Below are positions 20,696 through 31,167 of a DNA stretch of 32,127 nucleotides, in pieces. This DNA is from Thelocarpon superellum (Eukaryota). The position numbers and the translations under genes are program-made. How positions within the stretch are numbered: the first letter of the stretch is position 1; each line of letters begins with the position of its first letter. The DNA is taken from assembly GCA_026025795.1 (NCBI GenBank), contig JAPEUG010000184.1, positions 1-32,127 of the forward strand. The letters are read 5' to 3'. The notes under the pieces were generated by a model, which had not been told where the DNA came from, ran no database searches, and was given only the letters and a program-made list of their open reading frames with translations.

Positions 20696-23180
20696 ATGTC
20701 CTCCTCAACCTCGTCCCTTCGCCTGGCATCCATTCTTCTCGTCCTCTGCCTCACCATTCCATCCCGTGCCTTCCCGGGTCCAGGGTTGGCGCGACGCCAA
20801 TCTCCCAACTCGTCTAATGTATACGTGATCACGGGAGTCTCGTCAGATGATGGTCGCGGCCCAGTGCCATTCAGACAGGAGATCCGCACGCTGCAGCAAG
20901 ACGCGGATCGATGGAATCTGTATCTCCTGGGCCTGAGCCGGATGCAGTCCATGGATCAAGACGACAAACTTTCCTACTATCAGATTGCAGGTGTGTAGTG
21001 CATCTCGCGAGGCCTTCCCTTACTCATCTCATGTGCAATGAGGGCAGGGATCCATGGACGGCCGTTCCTGTCATGGGATGGCGTGGTCGGGGACAATACG
21101 GATACCGGATACTGTACCCACTCTTCCATTCTTTTCGCCACCTGGCACCGGCCTTATCTTGCTTTGTACGAGGTAGGATCCCCCTTCTCCCGTTCTTCGA
21201 CCCTGGTCTACGAAGCTGAGTCTTCCGTTGCAGCAAATTCTATACGGCATCATCCAGGAGATTGCCAAGGAATTCAACGGCGCCGACCGCGAAAAATACT
21301 CCACAGCGGCTGCCGGGTTCCGCATCCCCTACTGGGACTGGGCAAGCACTTCCTCGGACGGGCAGACTGTCCTCCCAGACAGCATTGGAGGCTCTTCGAC
21401 CGTCGACGTGGTGACGCCAGCAGGGCAAAGCACGATCGAGAATCCGCTTTTCACATATACTTTCCACCCCTTGAACAGCAATGATCTTCCCGACCAGCCA
21501 GTAAGTTGACCGAAGCCACAAGCACAGCAGTTTTCTGACCAGCCCCAGTTCTCCTACTGGCCCAGCACCTTACGCTACCCCGTCGATGAGGACGAAGACA
21601 CCGTCAGCCAGAACGACCTGGTCGAATCGCAACTTGAAAGCAGTCTCCAGTCCTTCCGCGATCGGCTATATAATCTCTTCACCGCCTATCCAGACTACAA
21701 TACTAAGGCGTGGATTCCTGATGATGGCGGGAATTACGATTCGATTGAGTCGGTGCACGATCAGATCCATGGACTCGTAGGCAGCGGCGGCCATATGGGC
21801 GTGGTAGGGATCCAAAGGCGAGGGATAGGGAGAAGGTGCTCTGGCTGACTTGCGCAGATTGAGTATTCGGCGTTCGACCCCATCTTCTGGCTCCATCATA
21901 CGTGAGTCTGGGCCCCGTCCCGGACATATCTCCTATCAGAACTGACCAAGTCATCTTCACAGCATGATCGACCGCTCGTTTGCAATCTGGCAGGCGTTGT
22001 ATCCCGAGAGCTGGATCGTGTCCGAGCCGACGCCATACGGAACCTACACGACGGATCCAGGAACGATGGAAGGAGCAGAGACAGGTGAGTCTACCATACA
22101 CAAGCGCAAGCACCATTTCCGTCAGACCAACCCGAGCTCACTCGTCAGGCCTCACACCATTTCACTCATCCGCACACACCTTCTTCACTTCAGACGATAT
22201 CCGCAATCAGAAGACACTCGGGTATACCTATCCCGAGCTGGTCGACTGGAACGTCACAGCCGCCCAGTATCAATCGAATGTCCGCGCGGCTGTGAATCAG
22301 CTCTACGGGCGGCCGACCACCGCCTCGACTCCTACCAGACACCGCTCTCAATTTTCGAGGCTGAGAGTCCGTGACGAGGGATACAGCAACGGCAGCGCGA
22401 GCACCACGTCTTCATCGACGCACCTCCCCACGCCATCCGTGTCTCCGGATACGCTGTATCGCGAATATATTGCCGATCTGCGCGTGCAGAAACACGCACT
22501 CAACGCTTCATTCTTCATCCAGATATTCCTCGGCGAGGACGAGAGTGCGTCGGAGGGGAATTCGACCTTATCGCCGTCCTCTTCGGACACCAACGACATG
22601 ACCCTCGTCGGCTCGCATTACATCTTCGTCGGTGCTAATCCCGCGGCGTTCATGGCACCTCCGCTGGGCGATTCGTCTCCCTCGTCCTATGCTTCTTCTT
22701 CTTCTTCTTCTTCCTCTTCCTCTTCCTCTTCTGCCGGCAGCAGCACCGCGTCGGGCCAGACCGTAACGGGCACCATCCCGCTCACCTCGGCCCTCCTACA
22801 AGCCATCGCAGCAGGCAGATTGCCAAGTCTGGACCCGGCCGTCGTTGAACCGTTCTTGACGACTTATCTGAGCTGGCGCGTGACTTCCGTGCGTACATTC
22901 CTTCTCTCTATTGTCTCCTCTTCTCTTCTCTCCTTTTCTCTCTATCAACGCCATGTCTTTTTTAGCTTGCGCCACGGAACCTCATCTATATACACAGGCA
23001 AACCACACGCCGCTCGCACCCGCCGACACGCCCCCGAGTCTCAAAGTCTCCGTCGTAAGCCGCCAAGTGACTCCTCCCAGCGCCCAGGATGTCTTTCCTA
23101 CCTGGAGCCAGGACGTCTGTGTCCATACCAGCGTCACGGATGGAAAGAGGGGCGGTCTAGGAAAGGGGGACCAGATCTGA
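20696..23180 (+). CDS. Secreted tyrosinase (type-3 copper polyphenol oxidase) with C-terminal shielding domain, ~676 aa, 8 exons
   Basis: Exons 20696-20990, 21048-21172, 21234-21500, 21549-21803, 21858-21901, 21963-22084, 22149-22888, 22998-23180 sum to 2031 nt. Signal peptide; Cu[38 protein letters not shown]; Cu[37 protein letters not shown]. Confidence 0.93.
22691..22732 (+). repeat. Coding (TCT/TCC)n microsatellite, poly-Ser in the tyrosinase C-terminal domain
   Basis: gct tct tct tct tct tct tct tcc tct tcc tct tcc tct tct. Confidence 0.85.
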
Positions 23181-23633
23181 ATTGTGAGGATGGGATGGAT
23201 ACAATCACCCCCTGGTGGGTAGCGTGGGGTTGAACGACTGCCGCATCCGCCCATCCATCCTTCAACACTCGAACATACATTAATAGCAATATACATGTCT
23301 CTATATACCCAGGAGCAGCCCAAACTGATCAGTTCAGTGCGTCGACGCCGTGGTCGTCGCTTACATCGACGTAGTCACTACATGATAATGCGGCGAAGCG
23401 TACTGGTCTCACAGTGACCGGAACATGACATGGGACTCGGAGAGACTTGCCCTGATGACAGCCGTGACTCAGGAGGAGGATGTAGAGCTTGAAAAGAAGT
23501 AGGAGGCCTACAGACTGCCAACTCAATCCTACAGACCGAGAATCGCAGTATTATCTCAGCGCCGAGAAAACGGAGAAGAAAGATGAAGGTGAAGTTGACG
23601 TCCTGAAACGCAGCGTGTGGGAAAGTAAGAACC

Positions 23634-25996
23634 TTATTCCCCCTCACCCCCCACTCCGTCTCCGTTCATTCCCTCCGTCCCTAAGAACGCATCGCCAAAG
23701 GCCGAATCTTCCAGTCCAAAGGTTGACGTGTCGCCCAGGCCAAGGTCGTCGTCATCAAAGGCGGCAAGTACGTCGTCGGCGGCCGAGGTCTCGAGCGTCT
23801 CGCCGGCATGGACGTCGTCCAAGGACAGCGCCGTGTCGGCAGCGGTCACCGTCGTGGCTTCCACAGCAGGAGCGGCCGTGGTCATTGCGGGCTGCTTCTC
23901 CAGCGGTGCGTTCTCGTCCTTGGCGTTGTCTCCCGTGGCGTCGGTCGACTGCTCGACGGTGGGCGTGTTTTCTTTGCTGACGATGATCCATTCGCCGCCG
24001 TCGAGAGTTGGGACCGCAGTGGTGGACGGCGCCTCCTGCTGGACCCCATCCATCTCCACATCGCCGTCAGGATTCGCAAGGGTCGTTCCCGGCTCCTTGG
24101 CCATCGGTCCACCTTGCGCGGCCTGCAATCCGGCCGGGGCAGAAGGGGCCCCCGTCACGGTCGACTCCGGCGCGGAAGGCGGCGTCGGCTCTGGCTTGGA
24201 AACGGTGGCCTCGGGAGTCGGGACCAGTGGCAGGCCGAAATCGTCCATCAGTGCGCCCGCCGTACCATCCATGTCAATGTCACGGTTGGCCGCATCTTCG
24301 GCCGGAGCGGGTGGAGCGATGAACTCCAGTGGGGGCCCGCCGTCCTCGGTCAGGTTATCTTGGAGGCCGCCTTTACGCACGCACGAAGCCTCCGGCTTGG
24401 GGATGATGCGCTTGCCGAGTCCCGCCTCGACTTCCTTGATGATGTCGTCGACTTTCTCTCGCGAAGTCGTCGTCGCGCCGCCATCGTCGCCGTCGGCCAT
24501 CGCGCCATTGGTGTCGGCCTGGCCCTCCAGTCTCCACACTTCCGGACCCGTCTCCGTTGGATCATGTTCGGCGAGTCGGAGTCGGTCTTCCCAAAGCCTC
24601 AAGGCCTTCCCTTTCTGCGCGAGCTTCTTCATCCGCTGGTCATGGATCTTCTCCCGCTTCTCCAGATCGGCATTCCGCGACGCGATGTACTTCTCCACAC
24701 GCTTGGCAAATTCCGCCGTCTTGCCCGCCTCCCACCGACCCGTCCATGCGGCGTCGTCAGGACGTGTGGCACGCGGCCCAGTCGGGGGGTCGAAGATGCC
24801 TTTGGTGAGCGGCTCCAGCTCACCTTTCAGGCCGAGGGCAAGATCGACGGGCATGATCTGATGGATGGCGTAGGGAGAGGACACAATCTCCTCCATCCAC
24901 TCATGATGCTGCTTGTACCGCACCGTCGCGATTTCACGTGGCGTCAGGTGGTCCAGGAGGTCTCCGCGCGCCGTGTCTTCCTCGTCTTCAAGGAAGGGAT
25001 CGACCGGGGGGGCGGGCGGGCCCCCTGGCATCGGCGCCGCACCCGCCGGGTGAGCGGGAGGGTTCTGTCGTGCACGCTTGGCCGGCGACGGTCCCATGCC
25101 GGCCTGAGGATGGCCTTGCGGTGGCGCGTAGTAGGGACCCGGCGGCGGGTGACCGCGGCCAGCATGAGGAGGTTGGGGATGCGGATACATCGGCCCATGC
25201 TGCGGGTACCCAGCGGGCATCTGGCCACCGGGGAGCGAGATGGTCGGCCAGTTGTTGCGGTCGTGCAGCATGAACTCCTTCCGGACCAGCTGGCCCTGGG
25301 TCTGCAGAAAGCGGCGAGCGTTCATGATCTGCTGGGTGTGTGGGGAGACGGGAATGCGGTTGGCCGGAATGCGCGCGTTCTCATCGCAGGCGGCATAATG
25401 CACCAGCCACAAGGATGGATCGATCGACGCCGTCGGACTCGGCGACTTGGACGCGGTCAAGCGGTATCGACGGCGACAGTGTGTGGCCACGCTCTCGTTC
25501 GGCGGATGATAGCCGCTTCGATGGACATACATCTCGACAGTCTGAAGCATCCATCAGCACGGATCCGTGGGCAGGGACGGGAGACGCACGCAGCCCTTGG
25601 CGTCGAGACTAAAGGCCTGCTCGGGATCGGCCCAGACGTAGCCATCGCTGGCAAAGTGGGTCCCGAGTTGGCCTGGCTGCCACACAAGGAGTACCGTGCC
25701 ATCGGCTGGCGCGTCTAGGTAGGTCCAGTTCATGGGCGCCGTGTGGCGGGTGATGTTGACCGCTTGGAGGAGGTAGTCGACGATGGTCTCGACGCTCATA
25801 TGAGCCACCGTGGGGAAGCGGAAGTTGGAGAGGAGATGGACATGATGTAACTGAGCGGGAAAAGGTCAGCCTCTTGCCGTTTCCTGTATCCTGTGCCATC
25901 CCTGCACGCGCGTAGGCGGATAACGAGTGCAACGACGGGGGAGCAGGAGAAGTGTCATACCAGAGCTGGAGGCACTCCATTGCTAGGGTCGTTCAT
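23634..25996 (-). CDS. ssr4: SWI/SNF and RSC complex subunit Ssr4 (DUF1750), ~734 aa, 3 exons
   Basis: Exons 25996-25961, 25850-25590, 25541-23634. N-terminus MNDPSNGVP...HVHLLSNFRFP, WTYLDAPADGTVLLVWQP, FASDGYVWADPE, HCRRRYRL, DPSLWLVHY, GQLVRKEFMLHDRNNWP, GDLLDHLTPREIATVRYKQHHEWMEEI, recognised as the Ssr4 family. Confidence 0.85.
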
Positions 25997-26371
25997 CGTC
26001 GCGAAGTCCGCAGCGACCGAGGATCGGCGCGTCGAAAGAGCGAGAGCTGCGAATGGTGGGCGATGGCGGGAGAGAAAGCTGGAGCGTGAGCTTCGATGAG
26101 ACCAGCTTCACTTGGCCCGAAGTCGCGATGGTCTCCTTCGCGGCGAGAAAGTAATTACGGTGGCGCAGGAGGACGACGAGCGTGACGGCCACCGGTTACG
26201 GTGGCCCCAATACGACACAATGGCAGTCACCTTGCCGCCTTCGCCCCCGCCCGACTAGGGCAAATGCAAGAAGCAAGCCCCCATGATATTCACATCTATC
26301 GTACTGAACGATCAGGATTCGAGATTGCCAAGTCGATTTCTCGACTCGCACAGCTCGGGGTATCAGAAGTC

Positions 26372-27598
26372 TCAGCCTAGCACACGCAATCCTCCCTTGG
26401 TCTTGCCCAATTTCTTGTGAACACCGGCGCCGGTCTTGGCCCCTCCACCGGCGTCCCTCCCTCCCCCCTTGCCCCCCTTCCCGTATTTGCCACCCTTCTT
26501 GTCCGGTACCACGGGGCGAATCTCCGTCGTACTTCGACGTAGCAAGATCGGATGGCTGCCGATGTATTTGCCTTGCATGTCACGCGCGGCCTGAAAATAC
26601 TCGTCGCCGTTGCTGAAGCTCACGAAGCCGTAGCCTTTGCTCTTGGCGGTGCGCTTATCGCGCACCACCCGGGCCTTCTGCACCGACGAGTATTTGGAGA
26701 AGGCCTTCAGGAGGGACTCATCCGTCACCTCGCCGGCCAGATTGCCGACAAAGAGGCGAAAGTGCGCCGGATCCCACTCCAACAGCGACGTGTCATGCCA
26801 GGACTGCCCCCCTCCGCTGCGTACCACCGTCTTCTGCTTTCCATCCGGTCCGCTCACCACGGCCGCGACGCTGGAGTCGGCGTCAGCTGCCGAGGCTACG
26901 GCGGCACTCGTCATGGTGGTCCCGTTGCCCTCGCCGCGACCGCCCAAGGGGCCGGCGTTGGCGCCACTCGCGCTTCCGGCCCCTTCCATCGACGATCCAC
27001 CCATGCGAAAGTTGCTCCGACCTCCGCCTCGGCCACCGCCTTGGTGATCATGATCTTTGCCGGCATACGCACTCTGCCATTGCGCGATTTGAGCCTCCGT
27101 CTCGGGGTCCAGTCCGGGATCGTTGTACCGGCCACCGCCACGACCGCCAAATGCCGGCTCGTGGCCTGGGAGAGGAAAGGGATTGCGTATTTGGGGAGTC
27201 GTGAAGCCGCCAAAATCTTGCGCGGGTGCGAGATGATTGGACGGCGCGTCGCCTACGCTCACAGTCCCGTATGCAGACGGTGTCGAGAAGCCCGTCGGTG
27301 GCGCGGGCGGCGCCGAAACGGTGGCATTTGACACGGACCAGCCATGATGTGCACCTGCGACTTGACGGGGCTTGAAGGTCGTGAAACCTCCGTGACCGGC
27401 ACCCAACACTGCGCTCGTTGTGGAAGCGCTGCCTCGGTAGCCACCCGTACCCGGCGCGCCGGTGGTTGACGAAGGCTTGAACGACGGCAGCGGAGCCGCA
27501 GGAGGTAAGGGTCGCGGCGGTAGGGACGAATGTGTGGGCGTGCTGCCCGGGGTGGTCGAATGAGAAGCGGAGAGACCTGGAGGCGGTGGATACGACAT
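26372..27598 (-). CDS. RRM RNA-binding protein, RBM42-like, single exon, ~408 aa
   Basis: ATG at 27598 (MSYPPPPG) preferred over the track's upstream start. C-terminal RRM preceded by an RBM42-type motif: VVRSGGGQSWHDTSLLEWDPAHFRLFVGNLAGEVTD...RDKRTAKSKGYGFVSF...MQGKYIGSHPI. Confidence 0.88.
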   Translation of the reverse strand: MSYPPPPGLSASHSTTPGSTPTHSSLPPRPLPPAAPLPSFKPSSTTGAPGTGGYRGSASTTSAVLGAGHGGFTTFKPRQVAGAHHGWSVSNATVSAPPAPPTGFSTPSAYGTVSVGDAPSNHLAPAQDFGGFTTPQIRNPFPLPGHEPAFGGRGGGRYNDPGLDPETEAQIAQWQSAYAGKDHDHQGGGRGGGRSNFRMGGSSMEGAGSASGANAGPLGGRGEGNGTTMTSAAVASAADADSSVAAVVSGPDGKQKTVVRSGGGQSWHDTSLLEWDPAHFRLFVGNLAGEVTDESLLKAFSKYSSVQKARVVRDKRTAKSKGYGFVSFSNGDEYFQAARDMQGKYIGSHPILLRRSTTEIRPVVPDKKGGKYGKGGKGGGRDAGGGAKTGAGVHKKLGKTKGGLRVLG

Positions 27599-27883
27599 GA
27601 TGAACACAGTGCGTTTGGAGGCCCCCGTCCCCAACGAAGCTACGTACCTGGTGCCGATGTCGATGTTGAGTTCGACAAGGCGGTCCTCACCATGTAAGTA
27701 TGCCCACCGCCGCTGACATCTGGGTGGCGTGCTGTCCGTAGTGATGAGTGAGGGAGTCCTCGTGCCAGACGGCGACATCATTGACGGTCACGAGTGATTA
27801 CATAATGCAATCGACGAAGTTTGCTGACGCAGCCGCTCCTCTAACACACTGAAGGTCTCAACTGTTAGAATGGCTCTAGTATT

Positions 27884-27947
27884 GACAACTTCAACATTCC
27901 CTGAGACAACTTCAACATCCCTGAGACAACTTCAACATTCCCTGAGA
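27884..27947. repeat. 21-bp tandem repeat x3 (GACAACTTCAACATTCCCTGA)
   Basis: Units 27884-27904, 27905-27924 (one T missing), 27925-27945; no spacers. Confidence 0.93.
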
Positions 27948-28824
27948 TACTCATTCATCTCGTCCGTCTGGCCATAGAGCCACGGTCCTTGGGGCTGAGA
28001 TGGAAAAGTGATGACATCGCATGTGCCTTTACTTCCAGGGTCTTCCCGACAACGAGGCCATGTTTGAGGCCAGCACGAGCACACCCTGATCCTAGTCACC
28101 CGACAGCACAGCGCATCTTCCTGAGACGTGACGTTTCCCATGCGTCTTTTTGCCTCGTGCTCAATCCCGAGACTGGGGACGGAATTTCAATGCTCGAGCG
28201 ACTGCTCATCGGCCGCAATGGGCCGGCTGGGCCGAGCTGAACGCTGCGGAGGGGCAGTGCTTGCGAGTTTAGTCAGAGAGAGTAAGAGGTTAGTCAGGCC
28301 TGACGAGTGACTTCGGGCACCCTTAGAGCATCCAAGACACATGAGCTTTGGCGGTCGCTCCCGGGAGGATGGGGGTTGCGCAGGAACCGGGCAACGGCAA
28401 CTGACTAAGTCAAGTTTGCCCCTCCGGCCCCGGCTCCGGCTCGCGTTGCTCACTGCAGTATGAACTCGCAGGCCGCCGTAGTGACCACCCTCCGTAGATG
28501 AGTGAGAGCGTGGGAGGAGGGGAAGAGGACGAAGTACGTTAGCTACGACGTAGCGGGGAGGTCACTTGAAGAGCCCCACCTGCCACCTGCCACCGACCCC
28601 CAACTCTCATCTATCTACCTCACCACCAGCGCCCCACCTTCTTGACCGTCCTTCCCCCTCTTCCCCCCGTTGACTTCGTCGTCTCGACCATTGCGCCTTT
28701 TGCTTCCATCCCACCACCCATTGCACCCGTGCTTTCGCCCTTGGCCCGCTCTCGCTCACCTTTCCCTTTGACCCAGCGTTGCCGAGGTGTCGCGTCGAGA
28801 CGATTGACCCAAGTTGCTGCAACG

Positions 28825-30526
28825 ATGGCTGACAAGGCAGTGTGAGTGTCCTCGTTTGCCCCTCCACTCCGGCCCGTTTTAACCTCGGGGCTGACGATAG
28901 CGCGCGTCTCGCCGGCATCGATGTCGGCGGGCCGCCGCGTGCGGGGCCCAGTGGAGATTTCGGCCTCATTGGTCTGGCCGTCATGGGCCAGAATCTGATC
29001 CTGAACGCGGCCGACCACGGCTTCACCGTCGTGGCCTTTAACCGCACCGTGGCCAAGGTCGATCACTTCCTCGCGAACGAAGCCAAGGGCAAGCCCATCG
29101 TCGGTGCTGCCAGCTTGGAAGACTTTTGCCAGAAGCTCAAACGCCCGCGGCGCATCATGCTGCTCGTCATGGCCGGCAAGCCCGTGGACGACTTCATCGA
29201 GAAGCTGATCCCCTACGTGGAGAAGGGCGACATCATCATCGACGGTGGCAACTCGCATTTCCCCGACACGAACCGTCGCACCCAATACCTGGCCCAGAAA
29301 GGCATCCTGTTCGTCGGCACCGGCGTCTCGGGCGGCGAGGAGGGCGCCCGATATGGTCCGAGCTTGATGCCTGGTGGCAATGAGGCTGCCTGGCCCCACA
29401 TCAAGGACGTCTTTCAGAGTATCGCCGCCAAGAGTGACGGGGAGCCATGTTGCGACTGGGTCGGCGACGAAGGCGCGGGCCACTACGTCAAGATGGTGCA
29501 CAACGGCATCGAGTATGGCGATATGCAACTGATTTCAGAGGTGCGTGATTCCGTACATGGTCTCGAACTTGGTGTCTCTAACGTGCGTAGGCCTATGACA
29601 TCATGAAGCGTGGCCTGAAGTTGTCGGACAAGGAGATTGGCGACGTCATGGCCAAGTGGAATAAGGGCGTGCTCGACTCGTTTTTGATCGAGATCACCCG
29701 TGACGTGCTCTACTTCAACGACGACGATGGCACGCCGTTGGTGGAGAAGATCCTCGACTCGGCTGGCCAGAAAGGCACGGGCAAGTGGACGGCCATCAAC
29801 GCGCTCGACCTGGGCATGCCCGTCACCTTGATCGGCGAGGCTGTCTTCGCCCGCTGTCTGAGCTCGCTGAAGGAAGAGCGCGGCCGTGCGTCGAAGCTCC
29901 TGAACGGGCCGGAAGCCAACTTCACGGGGGACAAGGCGCAGTTCATCGATAACCTCGAGCAAGCCCTCTATGCCTCCAAGATCATCTCGTACTGCCAAGG
30001 CTTCATGCTGATTCAGAATGTGAGCCGTCCCACCCTGCGGCTGCTTGGAGGCGAGAGGAGACTGACGTGGTATGCACCCACCTAGGCCGCCAAGGAGTAC
30101 TCGTGGAAGCTCAACAAGCCCTCCATCGCGCTCATGTGGCGTGGCGGGTGCATCATTCGCTCCGTCTTCCTGAAAGATATCACCAGCGCCTATCGCCAAA
30201 ACCCGGACCTGGAGAATCTCCTCTTCGATGACTTCTTCAACAAGGCCATCCATCACGCGCAGCCAGGATGGCGAGATGTGGTGAGCAAAGGCACGCTGTG
30301 GGGGATTCCCATGCCGGCCTTCAGCACGGCGCTCAGCTTCTACGATGGATATCGCAGCAAGGACCTTCCGGCCAACCTGCTGCAAGCGCAACGAGATTAT
30401 TTTGGCGCGCATACCTTCCGCATCAAACCCGAGCACGCCAGCGAGAAGTATGCCGAGGGCAAGGACATCCACGTCAACTGGACCGGTCGTGGTGGCAATG
30501 TGTCGGCCTCAACATACAAGGCATAG
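28825..30526 (+). CDS. gnd1: 6-phosphogluconate dehydrogenase, decarboxylating, ~508 aa (491 aa with the distal acceptor), 4 exons
   Basis: Exons 28825-28841, 28901(or 28952)-29540, 29591-30019, 30086-30526. Motifs [86 protein letters not shown]. Confidence 0.97.
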
Positions 30527-31167
30527 AGACGATGCTCTGATAGTCGCGGCCGCAGGCATTGGCCGGGAGTCGCAGTGACGGCCACGTCATGACGTTCACC
30601 CAACGATCATCAGGCATCCCTTGTTCATAGATGTCATTTCTACCATCCGGAGTGCCAGGGTCCCCCCCGCCTGACTCAAGACGTAGTGTACTTCTTACCC
30701 TTTGGACGGGCTCCCCTCCCCAGTCGTGCGGGAGGGCAACAGGAGGCGGCGCGAAGCGAACCGGAGCGTCAGGGAGTCCTCTCGTCCGCCGTACTCGTAC
30801 CCCGTAGTCTGAAGAGTCACCAGTCTGGGGCATGACCATCGGCGTCTCGCACCCGTCGACCAGCGCCGCCCAAGCTGCCAACAGACCGAGGTGCGGTCGA
30901 GGCAAGTGCGTGCAAGCTTTCTTGAATCTTTTGTCACTCGTTTATCCCGCTGCTTCGCCGTTTGTCCGCCTTGGCCGCCTCGGCGTAAAGGGGGCGCCGG
31001 TCCCCTCGACAGCGGGCAAGCTTTGCAGATTCTCCAGACCGAGACCAGTTCGAGTCCCGACGAGCCCAGAAGGGCTCGAACGAGTCCCACTCGAGCAACA
31101 GTACTCGTGCAACGTGACCATCCTCCACCATATGAGGCCCTGACCTGGTGGGGATCCAATCGTCACC

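Noticed and set aside
8394..23180. MFS + secreted protein + tyrosinase as a biosynthetic or defence gene cluster
   Set aside because: They are separated by unrelated housekeeping genes (apn1, GH15, pre2), and there is no backbone enzyme or cluster transcription factor.
23808..25718. 636-aa plus-strand ORF (and the 377-aa ORF 23728-24861)
   Set aside because: Antisense shadows of the GC-rich ssr4 coding exon; Arg/Gly- or Ser-rich, with no domain features.
27599..27781. N-terminal extensions given by the ORF track (RBM42-like here; similarly bub1 7522-7800 and apn1 12464-12604)
   Set aside because: The extensions have no conserved character; the downstream ATGs match family N-termini and better Kozak contexts.
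27884..27947. CRISPR-like direct repeats
   Set aside because: Repeats are contiguous with no spacers, no cas genes are present and the DNA is fungal.
27985..28100. TPP riboswitch-like words (GCTGAGA ... CCTGATC)
   Set aside because: Spacing and remaining core (P2-P5 pairing, UAAU..GCG) do not fit; not in an intron of a thiamine-related gene.
28620..30472. Two ~300-aa minus-strand ORFs opposite gnd1
   Set aside because: Typical antisense open frames caused by strong GC3 codon bias in a highly expressed gene.
30524..30592. Stop-codon readthrough of gnd1 to a cryptic PTS1
   Set aside because: Context TAG AGA is not a readthrough motif, and the extension would end ...TATS, not an SKL-like tripeptide.
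30540..31160. Possible RNase P/MRP RNA or small gene between gnd1 and lsm12 (TTCAGACTAC on the minus strand)
   Set aside because: No matching CR-I/P4 partner sequence; the ORFs lack coding features. Most likely terminator plus promoter/5'UTR.
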